DNA of 45,443 nt from an uncultured Candidatus Saccharibacteria bacterium (GTDB taxonomy: Bacteria > Patescibacteriota > Dojkabacteria > SC72). The stretch lies in the NCBI GenBank assembly GCA_964514595.1, contig CAZEQZ010000003.1, forward strand, positions 1 through 45,443. Reading direction: 5' to 3'. Below are positions 26,855-35,407 of the stretch, piece after piece. Position numbers and translations under genes: made by a program. Positions within the stretch are counted from its first letter, which is position 1, and each line of letters begins with the position of its first letter. The notes beneath the pieces are model-generated. The model was given only the letters and a program-made list of their open reading frames with translations. It did not search any database and was not told where the DNA came from.

Positions 26855-27406
26855 TTACTCTGATGCCAAATGTATGCTTAAACTATTCCCCACCTCAACT
26901 CCATTAGTGTCACTAAATCCCCCATTGACCTCAAGAACATACTTATACATAGCAGTAGATACAATCTGCGGACAGTATGTGTCCGTACACGGTTCATTGT
27001 TCTTAGAGATATCAACTATGAATCCTTGCTCATCTATGAACATAATATCCAAGTTAATATACATATCCTTCATCCAAAAAGGATGGAATACTTTCTCATC
27101 AAACAGAAATAACATGCCGTTATAATCACCTAAATACTTTCTGTTAGACAATCCTAATGCTCTTAAAGCATCAGTATTTGCTACCTCAACATCCACTTTA
27201 ATACTCTCTCCTCCCTTTAAATATATTTCTACGTAGTTTCTAGTATCCTTCTCGATAATATTTCCAGCGTCTCCACTCTCTTCCTTCTGTTCCTTTTTAC
27301 TATTATCAATAAAAGAGATATCAAAAAGATCGTAGCTATCCTGGATATAAAAGAATACTGCAACTATGAAAGCTATATATAAAAGTAGCTTCAATTGATT
27401 ATTCAT
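26855..27406 (-). CDS. DUF192 domain protein (secreted)
   Basis: 183 aa with an N-terminal signal/TM. RALGLSNRKYLGDYNGMLFLF...FWMKDMYINLDIMFID matches DUF192 by eye. Confidence 0.75.
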   Translation of the reverse strand: MNNQLKLLLYIAFIVAVFFYIQDSYDLFDISFIDNSKKEQKEESGDAGNIIEKDTRNYVEIYLKGGESIKVDVEVANTDALRALGLSNRKYLGDYNGMLFLFDEKVFHPFWMKDMYINLDIMFIDEQGFIVDISKNNEPCTDTYCPQIVSTAMYKYVLEVNGGFSDTNGVEVGNSLSIHLASE

Positions 27407-27497
27407 ATATTAATATACCATAATCCTAAAATCCTTTACATTTCTCCCCATTTCATATATATTCAATACTCGTAACATCATTGCCTCACAACATATT

Positions 27498-29705
27498 ATG
27501 CAAACCTTTAAAAAGTACTTAAACCCTTTGTATAGGGATGTAGATACCATAGCCGATTTCTCAGACCTAAAGGAGTTAACACCACTAGAGGAAGAGGAAT
27601 ATACCAATCTAAAAAAAGTAACGAACATTAAGGCAATGGATATAAAAAACCTTCTTCCTAGATTAGACAAATTAGAAGAGGAGCTAGAGCATCAGATAGA
27701 GCTAATACAAACAGAGAGTGATATAGATGAAAGAAAGGCAGCAAAGGGTATATACAATATGTTACTAGCAAAAATTGAGGAATTGGTGGGGAGAATAAAT
27801 AATGAATTAATAACACTAGATTCCCCATACTTTGGAAAGATTGTATTCACACCGTATGATTCTAGAAATAAAAAACCGCTATCACTATACATCGGTAAAT
27901 TTGCTCTCGTAGAGAAAGACACACATATACCCCTAATCACTGATTGGAGATCTCCAATATCTAACATATACTATGAGAATGCAGGACCTACTAAAGATGT
28001 CTCATTTCAAGCACCAATAGGAGAAAGAAAAGGAGATTTAGAACAGAAAAGACAATTTCAAATATCAAGAGCCAGAATAAAGGGAATATATGATGCTAAG
28101 TCAGGGAATGTTGCAGCAGATGAGTTTCTTTTATCTCAATTAACAGAAAGATTAGGGAAAAAACTTCAAGATATTGTATCCACAATACAACAGCAACAGA
28201 ACTCCATCATTAGAGATACTCTTAGAAAACCAATAGTTATGCAAGGCGTAGCGGGAAGTGGGAAAACAACAATACTACTTCATAGGCTTGCATATCTCTT
28301 CTATACGTACAAAAAAGAAATATCATCTAATAATTCATTAATAATTGCTCCTAATCAAATGTTCATAGACTATGTATCCGATGTACTTCCTAATCTAGGT
28401 GTGGAGAAGGTTGATACAGAGACATATCTATTCTGGTCAAAGAAGGTATTAGGCTGGAATGATACATATACCATATCTCCGCAGAAAGAGGATTTAGATA
28501 TTAAAGAGTATAAGGGTTCCATGCAATTTATAGATATACTAGATAAATATTTTGACATATTCGAACAGGGGCTTTTGGAAAATATTCCATACTCTAGATG
28601 GGATGTTATAGAGAAAAGATACTATGAACTTAAGGAAGAGTTTCCAGATATAGATATGAGAGAAAGGTTAGAGCTAGCTACAGAGTATGCTTTTGCACAA
28701 AAACAATTTAAACAGGGCAATACAGGTTTCTGGGATGCTACAAATGATACAGATATAGAGTTCCGAAAAAAGATATATGCATATTTTAGAAAGAAGTGTG
28801 ATGTATATTCCCTGTACAAAGAGCTATTTAAGACAGATTTAGTAACAAAGGATACATCAAAATATACATTAGAGGGATTAACACAGAGTGGAAAGGTTAA
28901 ACATTATAGAATGGAGGATTTAGGAGCTATTGTATATCTTCATTTAAAGATAGAGGGTACTAAGATGTATGAGAGAGACTATATTATGGTTGATGAGGCT
29001 CAAGATGTTAGTTTTGTTCAACTAGCTACACTACTTAGAGTAGCTAAGAATGGGAATATTACTATCACAGGTGATTTAGCGCAGTCCATAATACCACCTT
29101 TCTATATCAAGGATTGGGAGGATGTATTCAAATTAGTAAAAAGAATTATTAACAAAGATACTGAGTACTATCAACTTCAAAGGTGCTATAGAACTACAGT
29201 AGAGATTGTAGAGTTTGCAAACAGTATATTTAAAGAGAGGTTTCCTAAGTCATACAAACTACCTGAAGCAGTACTTAGGCATGGGGATGATGTAAAGATA
29301 CTTGAGTATGATAGAGATATATCACAATTAAATAATCAAGGAATAAAGGAATTGGTAGGTATTATGAAGGATGAATTTATTAAAGGCTCCGTTACATGTG
29401 CCCTACTTTGTAGGGATAGGAATCATGCTAATACCCTATACAATATATTTAAAGAGTATGAGGATATAATAGGAAGAAGAGTTATTAGTTATGAAGAGAA
29501 TGATTATCATAGTGGGTTACTTGTACTTCCTATAGAGAATGCAAAGGGTTTGGAGTTTGATAGTGTTATATTTGCTGATGTTAATAGTAACTATTACAAA
29601 GATACAGAGTTAGATACAAGGTTACTGTATGTAGGTATTACAAGGGCATTACATAGGTTGTATATGGTTAAGAGGAAGGATGATAGTATACTAGGTATAC
29701 TCTAA
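27498..29705 (+). CDS. UvrD-like superfamily 1 helicase, HelD/helicase IV-like
   Basis: 735 aa. N-terminal coiled-coil arm, Walker A GVAGSGKTT, Walker B MVDEAQD, and C-terminal AKGLEFDSVIF and YVGITRALHRL. Confidence 0.8.
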   Translation: MQTFKKYLNPLYRDVDTIADFSDLKELTPLEEEEYTNLKKVTNIKAMDIKNLLPRLDKLEEELEHQIELIQTESDIDERKAAKGIYNMLLAKIEELVGRINNELITLDSPYFGKIVFTPYDSRNKKPLSLYIGKFALVEKDTHIPLITDWRSPISNIYYENAGPTKDVSFQAPIGERKGDLEQKRQFQISRARIKGIYDAKSGNVAADEFLLSQLTERLGKKLQDIVSTIQQQQNSIIRDTLRKPIVMQGVAGSGKTTILLHRLAYLFYTYKKEISSNNSLIIAPNQMFIDYVSDVLPNLGVEKVDTETYLFWSKKVLGWNDTYTISPQKEDLDIKEYKGSMQFIDILDKYFDIFEQGLLENIPYSRWDVIEKRYYELKEEFPDIDMRERLELATEYAFAQKQFKQGNTGFWDATNDTDIEFRKKIYAYFRKKCDVYSLYKELFKTDLVTKDTSKYTLEGLTQSGKVKHYRMEDLGAIVYLHLKIEGTKMYERDYIMVDEAQDVSFVQLATLLRVAKNGNITITGDLAQSIIPPFYIKDWEDVFKLVKRIINKDTEYYQLQRCYRTTVEIVEFANSIFKERFPKSYKLPEAVLRHGDDVKILEYDRDISQLNNQGIKELVGIMKDEFIKGSVTCALLCRDRNHANTLYNIFKEYEDIIGRRVISYEENDYHSGLLVLPIENAKGLEFDSVIFADVNSNYYKDTELDTRLLYVGITRALHRLYMVKRKDDSILGIL

Positions 29706-29754
29706 GTAAATTAGATGTTGTTTTTTCCTTTTTAATAGGTACTTCTCATGCATA

Positions 29755-29782
29755 TTGACATATTTATTGATGGGTATATAGT
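29755..29782 (+). promoter_or_regulatory. promoter TTGACA-16 nt-TATAGT
   Basis: Consensus -35 at 29755-29760 and -10 at 29777-29782. It would give a leader of roughly 130 nt before the ATG at 29920. Confidence 0.45.
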
Positions 29783-29794
29783 ATTAATTAATAG

Positions 29795-29886
29795 ACACAG
29801 GTAGTAATTAATATTATGTGCTCTATTTATCTATCTGTGTAGTTCTTACTGCTCAGATTGGATACTCTTTTTCCAATGCTAAGAAC
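29795..29886 (+). promoter_or_regulatory. structured 5' leader: two hairpins
   Basis: Hairpin 1 pairs ACACAGGTAG (29795-29804) with CTATCTGTGT (29831-29840), 9/10 complementary. Hairpin 2 is nested: GTTCTTA (29842-48)/TAAGAAC (29880-86) enclosing ATTGGA (29857-62)/TCCAAT (29872-77). Confidence 0.35.
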
Positions 29887-29919
29887 AATATAATAATTAA
29901 ATTATTAATATATTAGTTA

Positions 29920-30915
29920 ATGAAGAAAGTACTTAGTATACTATTAGGAATACTAATGGTATTTGCATTAGTATTGTTAGTAGATTATGGAAAGAAGGTG
30001 GAGGCTAATGGAGGACCAAAGAATAAAACTTCCATTTGTAAAACTATTCAAAGTGGTGAATTACTAACTAGTGATAACAGAGTTATAACAACTGGATTTG
30101 ATGAATGGGGATATAACTATCAAGCTATGCTCTTTAATGGGAAATATTGTAATGCCTATCAAGATGATGATTGGTGTCAACCATATAAGGATGTTGATAT
30201 TTTAATGAAATGGAATGATGCATGGTTAAGTAATAAAGATTGCGATGGAGATGGATTACTTGATAGACACTATGGTTTTGGCTCTTACATCGGTTCTGGA
30301 GCTTGGTTAACTAATCATATGCGTGGAGAATATGAAGACACTTCATCTTATCATTGGGATATTTCAGGAGAATGGATTATTGCAGTAAATTCTGGTACAT
30401 ATCTACATGATTACACATTCTCTATGACATCTCTTGAAGATGGTACTTTTACAGGTTTTGGAGGATATCCTTCTGGCGCCAGCCCATATATCTATGACGA
30501 GATTGTAATAGATGGAATGATAAATGGTAACTCCATATCATTTAAAGCTATTTATTACCAAGGTGGTAATCCAACTGGATATTCATGGACCACTACAGGA
30601 ACAATAGATAGTAGTGGTGAAATGTCTGGAACAGGAACAAGTGGTGTAAATGAATGGCACAGCACCTCTGGCTCAGCTGAAAAATCATATTCTATATGCG
30701 AATGGAGTTATTTTGTAAAAATAGTTGCTGTTCCAGGAGATGCAACAAAAGATGCTGGCTATTGGTATTCAGCTGAAAATGTAAAAATTGGTCCTGTAAT
30801 TTGGGGAGACTTTGCTATTGTTCAAGAAGTCGATAATGATCCTTGTGCAGGATACGAAGGAGTTTCGTATAAAGGTGCATATTCTCCAGGTTTTGGTTTT
30901 TATAAACCCAGATAA
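29920..30915 (+). CDS. secreted Trp/Tyr/Gly/Asp-rich protein with six Cys and a DxDxDG-type Ca-binding-like motif
   Basis: 331 aa. Signal/anchor MKKVLSILLGILMVFALVLLV, motif NKDCDGDGLLD (aa 105-115) and a G/S/T-rich beta-like middle third. No family name recalled with confidence. Confidence 0.6.
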   Translation: MKKVLSILLGILMVFALVLLVDYGKKVEANGGPKNKTSICKTIQSGELLTSDNRVITTGFDEWGYNYQAMLFNGKYCNAYQDDDWCQPYKDVDILMKWNDAWLSNKDCDGDGLLDRHYGFGSYIGSGAWLTNHMRGEYEDTSSYHWDISGEWIIAVNSGTYLHDYTFSMTSLEDGTFTGFGGYPSGASPYIYDEIVIDGMINGNSISFKAIYYQGGNPTGYSWTTTGTIDSSGEMSGTGTSGVNEWHSTSGSAEKSYSICEWSYFVKIVAVPGDATKDAGYWYSAENVKIGPVIWGDFAIVQEVDNDPCAGYEGVSYKGAYSPGFGFYKPR

Positions 30916-30947
30916 CAAGAACTAATTACTAAAATATAAGCTACAAT

Positions 30948-30973
30948 CTCCCTAGTATGTAAACACTAGGGAG
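30948..30973 (+). terminator. 9-bp stem hairpin after the 331-aa gene (no U-tract)
   Basis: CTCCCTAGT (30948-56), 8-nt loop, ACTAGGGAG (30965-73), starting 33 nt after the stop codon. Confidence 0.4.
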
Positions 30974-31004
30974 GAGATAGATAATAGCTCTTTAAATATA
31001 TACC

Positions 31005-31033
31005 TTGTAAAAGCATTCCTTTAGTAATATAAT
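31005..31033 (+). promoter_or_regulatory. promoter TTGTAA-17 nt-TATAAT
   Basis: Hexamers at 31005-31010 and 31028-31033. The same hexamer pair and spacing recur at 36047-36075. Confidence 0.5.
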
Positions 31034-31078
31034 CCTATAGTAGATAATATTTAATATTAAAATATAATTAAAATATTA

Positions 31079-34000
31079 ATGAAAAATTTACAAAAGAAAT
31101 CTTTTTACAAGATTTTAGTGTCTCTATTTACAATAGTAGGTACAATTATTTTCTCCTTCCTACTCTTCGATAATATCTCAAAAGTTAACGCACAAACCAG
31201 CGGTTGGCCATATTGTGGTTTCCAATGTCAAGCAGGCGATACCTACGTTACCTCTTTTAATTTGGTTGATTCTTCACACAATCCTATTCTCACATGTAAT
31301 CCAGGAGATCAAATTAATGGAATTATTAGGGTAACAATATACAACAATGCAAACAGTGACAGAAAGGCTCCTGTTCTGCTAGGAGATATTTACTCTGGTG
31401 AACAACAAATAGCTCATCTTGCCACACAGGTAGGACCTAATCTAATTGATGGGGTATGCGTAAGTGAGACAACAATACCGAAGAAAAGCTTCTTAACAGC
31501 AGATATTTACAATTTTACATGGACATGCGGTGAACCTTTAACAATTAGAAATATGGTTCTTTCTTGGACAACCGGGAATGATACTTGTGCTGATCACTTC
31601 AGTAACCCCTCTTGTGGGAACAGAACAACAAAATGTTACTCTAGTCCTAGCTTCTTAGTTACAACCCCTCTTGTAGCAGACTTCATTGCTTCTAATGTAT
31701 GTTTTGGTAATACTGTAAGTTTTCAAGATAAATCAAGTGGGGGATTACTACCATATACATACAGTTGGCTTTCAGACTCTGTCCAAATTTCAACCGCAAA
31801 AGATTTCTTATACACATACGGAACATTTGGGACCAAATCAGTCACTTTAAACGTAAAAGATTCTTTACTTCAAACAGACTCCCAAACAAAGAGTGTGTAT
31901 GTCTGGAAAAATCCTGTTGCAAGTTTTACAACCTCCACATTTACGGGATATGCTCCATTAACTGTCAACTTTACTAACACTTCAACATTAGGGGGAGCAG
32001 CAATAATATCATGGCTTTGGAACTTTGGAGATGGAAATACATCTACGTTAGTAAATCCTTCACATACATATTTAACTGACGGAACATATAATGTAACTTT
32101 AACTGTTTCAGACGCAAACGGTTGTACTCATACTAGTGCATCTACTGCTATTACAGTATTAGAACCATTAGCTTACTTAACACTAGAAAAAACAGTTGTT
32201 AATGATGATGGAGGAACTGCTACTGAAGATGATTTTCAAGCATATATTGACACGGATGATGTAGATTGGGATGTTGCTGTACCTTTAGTAGCAGGAACAT
32301 ACACTGCAAGTGAAATTACTTCTGTAACTGGCTACGACCCCTCAGATTGGAGTGGGGATTGTGATGCTGACGGATCAATTACTCTAACACCAGGACAAAA
32401 TGCAACTTGTGCAATTACTAATGATGATATAGCTCCTACAATTACTTTGAACAAAGTTGTACAAAACAACTACGGTGGTACTGCAGGAGTAAACGCTTTT
32501 GGATTGAGCATTGGAACAACTACCGTTAACTCAGGTCAAGAACTTAAAGTTAAGGCAAATGAAGCTATCGCAATCGATGAAGATGGCCTTTACGGCTACG
32601 AATTTGTTTCCATAACAGGAAAGGATTGCCCTACTGAATTAGGTGGTACTGTTACATTGGATGTTGGAGAAGATTTAGTATGTACAATTACAAACAGAGA
32701 TATTCAACCAAAATTAACTGTGATTAAAACAGTAGTAAACAATGAGGGAGGCCAAGCTGTTGCAAGCAACTTTACAATGCTTGTTACAGGAACTAATGTA
32801 AGTTCATCATCATTTGCTGGTAGTTCTACTGGTACCTTAGTAACACTCAATGCTGGTTCTTACTCTGTTGATGAACAAGCTTACACTGGATATTCTAAAT
32901 CAATTGGTGCTAATTGTTCTGGAACTATTAGTGTAGGAGATGAAAAAACATGTACTATCACAAATACAGATATAGCTCCTACCTTAACCTTAGTAAAAGT
33001 TGTCGTAAACAACAATGGTGGGACAAAAGGAATATCTGATTTTCCACTTTTTGTAGGTGCAACACAGGTTACAAGTGGTACACCTGTTACACTTAAATCT
33101 AACCTTGAATATACCGTATCTGAGACAAATCAATCAGGCTATCAAGCCTCTTCTTGGACAGGAGATTGTAGTACGGATGGAAAGATTACTCTTCAACCAG
33201 GTCAAAACAAGACATGTACAATTACTAATGATGATATTGCTCCATCACTTACATTAGTTAAGAATGTTGTAAATAGCTATGGTGGAACAGCATCCGCTAC
33301 AGATTGGACACTCTATGCTAATGGATCTACAAACATATCAGGAGCTGGAGGAGTGACAAGTGGTTCAACATTCAGTGCTGGAACCTATACTCTCTCTGAA
33401 AGTATAGGTCCGAACGGATATACAGCGGGTGATTGGGTCTGTACAGGAGTAACAAATACAGATGATTTAATAACCATAGGAATTGGACAAAGTGCTACAT
33501 GTACAATAACTAATACAGCATTACCTGGAACAATTATAGTTAAAAAGGATGTAACTAAAAAAAGTGAAGGAGAAAATATATTCTCTGATGCAACCTTTGG
33601 AGTTATGTTGGATCAAGACATAGCAGGAATGAAAACCATAAGAGATTCATCTACTGAAAGAATAGATGCTACATTTGGTTTACTAAATGCAGGAACATAC
33701 ACATTAACAGAAGTACAAGAAGATGGGTACCTCTTTATGGGATGTTATCCAGAACTTCCAGAAATTAGAAGAGGGGAACTAAGTCTACTTAATATATATG
33801 ATCCTCTTAATCCTGAGATTCAATTAGGAAATGGAGAAACTATCACATATGTATGTTACAACGAAGTAATACAACCACAACTTGAAATTGAAAAACTAAA
33901 CGATACAGGTGGACTAGGTATGAGTGCAGGAGACATTGTTACATATACAATCATAGTAAAAGCACCAGCAGATAATATTGATGGTAAATACTTACTCAAG

Positions 34001-35407
34001 AATGTTGTAGTAACCGACATATTACCGGAAGGATTTGAATACATACTAGGAAGTTGGACAGGAACAACCAATGAACCTGTATACAACGGAGTACCTGCTA
34101 AATGGGAAATAGGAGACATGGAGGAAGGAGATGTAGTTATACTAACATACAAAGCCCTCATATCTACCACACAAGAGCCAGGAGTATATCCTGACATAGC
34201 ATGGGTATCAGGAGAAGACATACTAGAAGAATCTGTCTTAGGAATATCTAGCGTAGAACCTACTGAGAACTTTGTAGGTACAAAGGTATTGGTAGTTGCA
34301 GAGGAAGAATTAGAAGAGGGAGAGGTATTAGGAGCTACTACCACAGAAACAATTGAGCTCCCAAGTACAGGAGCAAATATCCTAATTACAATAGGTGCAA
34401 TAGTATCAATGATACTAGGATTCATACTCCTACTCTTTAAACCTAAAAAGAAAGTGAAAGTACTACTCTTAACTACTATACTACTTTTAGGAATGAGCAT
34501 TTTTCTAACACCTAAAGCAACATATGCAACTGAAAGTGAAAAGATAAATGTAGTTATTAGTGAACCACAAACTCCAACTAACAAAACATCCTTTAATATT
34601 GTTTACGGAGTAGCAGATTTAGACTCAAGATCATTAACCATAGAGTGTCTAGAAGAAACATACGGTAAATATGCTACACATAATACATATAGTGGTAACT
34701 GTGCTGTAGGAGCATCCATTATAACAGGAAGTGGTACATATACATTCACTGTAAAAGCTACAGCCAACGATGGAAGTGGAGATTACAAAATATCAAAACC
34801 CGTAACAGTAGTAGTAGACTTAGAAACACCAACAGCAATTACAAACTACACTAAAACAGAAGGAGTATGTACATACACACTCTCCTTTACAACGGGGAGT
34901 AAAAGTACAAAAGTACAGATATTTAGATCCACTACACAACCATTCACTGCTAATGCATCTACATTAATTAAGGAGATAGCAGTAACACCTAACCAATATG
35001 TTACATACACAGACACTATACCTATATGTGCCCAAGAATATTTCTATGCTGTAAGAACTACTGATAATGTGAATAACACTTCCCCAATAGTCACAGACCC
35101 TATTGTTAAGACCGTAGAAGTATTAGGAACCGATACTGTACCCCAAACAACAAATACACCCACCACTCCACCTAGAACCACAACCCCTATCATTGCAGAG
35201 GAAGATACTGAAGAGGAAGTAAAGGGTGAGGAGGAGATGCTGGATACAGAAGCTCCAGAGGAATTAGAAGAAGTAGAGAAGGAGGAAAGCGACAAGGACG
35301 ATGAAGATGAGAAAAAAGGCAATGCATGGTTAATAGCTATTATTGCAATACTCTTGCTGGGTAGTGTAGGATATCTGTATGTTAAAAGACAAAGAACTAA
35401 TTACTAA
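31079..35407 (+). CDS. giant surface protein: Cys-rich head, 2 PKD domains, 5 tandem ~90-aa beta modules, SpaA/CnaB-like and DUF11-like domains, internal LPSTG sorting signal, then a second signal-like segment, Ig/FN3-like domains, T/P stalk, acidic block and TM anchor
   Basis: 1442-aa uninterrupted ORF with signal peptide (..KVNA|Q). PKD signature WLWNFGDGNTS...HTYLTDGTYNVTLTVSD. Repeats begin D-I-A/Q-P-x-L-T-L/V-x-K-x-V-x-N-x-x-G-G. LPSTG at aa 1094-1098 is followed by a TM helix and KPKKK. Confidence 0.85.
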   Translation: MKNLQKKSFYKILVSLFTIVGTIIFSFLLFDNISKVNAQTSGWPYCGFQCQAGDTYVTSFNLVDSSHNPILTCNPGDQINGIIRVTIYNNANSDRKAPVLLGDIYSGEQQIAHLATQVGPNLIDGVCVSETTIPKKSFLTADIYNFTWTCGEPLTIRNMVLSWTTGNDTCADHFSNPSCGNRTTKCYSSPSFLVTTPLVADFIASNVCFGNTVSFQDKSSGGLLPYTYSWLSDSVQISTAKDFLYTYGTFGTKSVTLNVKDSLLQTDSQTKSVYVWKNPVASFTTSTFTGYAPLTVNFTNTSTLGGAAIISWLWNFGDGNTSTLVNPSHTYLTDGTYNVTLTVSDANGCTHTSASTAITVLEPLAYLTLEKTVVNDDGGTATEDDFQAYIDTDDVDWDVAVPLVAGTYTASEITSVTGYDPSDWSGDCDADGSITLTPGQNATCAITNDDIAPTITLNKVVQNNYGGTAGVNAFGLSIGTTTVNSGQELKVKANEAIAIDEDGLYGYEFVSITGKDCPTELGGTVTLDVGEDLVCTITNRDIQPKLTVIKTVVNNEGGQAVASNFTMLVTGTNVSSSSFAGSSTGTLVTLNAGSYSVDEQAYTGYSKSIGANCSGTISVGDEKTCTITNTDIAPTLTLVKVVVNNNGGTKGISDFPLFVGATQVTSGTPVTLKSNLEYTVSETNQSGYQASSWTGDCSTDGKITLQPGQNKTCTITNDDIAPSLTLVKNVVNSYGGTASATDWTLYANGSTNISGAGGVTSGSTFSAGTYTLSESIGPNGYTAGDWVCTGVTNTDDLITIGIGQSATCTITNTALPGTIIVKKDVTKKSEGENIFSDATFGVMLDQDIAGMKTIRDSSTERIDATFGLLNAGTYTLTEVQEDGYLFMGCYPELPEIRRGELSLLNIYDPLNPEIQLGNGETITYVCYNEVIQPQLEIEKLNDTGGLGMSAGDIVTYTIIVKAPADNIDGKYLLKNVVVTDILPEGFEYILGSWTGTTNEPVYNGVPAKWEIGDMEEGDVVILTYKALISTTQEPGVYPDIAWVSGEDILEESVLGISSVEPTENFVGTKVLVVAEEELEEGEVLGATTTETIELPSTGANILITIGAIVSMILGFILLLFKPKKKVKVLLLTTILLLGMSIFLTPKATYATESEKINVVISEPQTPTNKTSFNIVYGVADLDSRSLTIECLEETYGKYATHNTYSGNCAVGASIITGSGTYTFTVKATANDGSGDYKISKPVTVVVDLETPTAITNYTKTEGVCTYTLSFTTGSKSTKVQIFRSTTQPFTANASTLIKEIAVTPNQYVTYTDTIPICAQEYFYAVRTTDNVNNTSPIVTDPIVKTVEVLGTDTVPQTTNTPTTPPRTTTPIIAEEDTEEEVKGEEEMLDTEAPEELEEVEKEESDKDDEDEKKGNAWLIAIIAILLLGSVGYLYVKRQRTNY
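32168..33520 (+). repeat. five tandem, diverged 86-94-aa coding repeats inside the adhesin
   Basis: Module starts at aa 364, 450, 541, 631 and 719 (nt 32168, 32426, 32699, 32969, 33233). Each starts ..LTL.K.VVN..GGTA..DF and ends ..C.ITN.DI. Confidence 0.8.
34358..34453 (+). other. complete sortase cell-wall sorting signal located internally (aa 1094-1125 of 1442)
   Basis: LPSTG, then the hydrophobic ANILITIGAIVSMILGFILLLF, then KPKKK. The frame continues without a stop. Confidence 0.8.

Noticed and set aside
27410-27670. An 86-aa minus-strand ORF between DUF192 and the helicase. Likewise 42501-42719 and 39527-39730.
   Set aside because: They overlap the 5' or 3' parts of better-supported genes in another frame or strand, have no motif, and sit partly in the promoter region.
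33856-34584. Long antisense ORFs of 242 aa and 244 aa opposite the adhesin and gatA (also 37599-38333). There are many shorter ones opposite uvrC, dnaE, mutL and others.
   Set aside because: They lie entirely inside well-supported genes on the other strand. Their translations are low-complexity and S/T/P/L-rich, and they lack starts with promoter or SD context. This is typical of stop-poor reverse frames of biased coding sequence.
31079-35407. A diversity-generating retroelement or other hypervariation mechanism acting on the large surface protein.
   Set aside because: There is no reverse transcriptase ORF (no YxDD-type motif in any frame of the track). I noticed no near-identical template/variable repeat pair, and the internal repeats are old and diverged.
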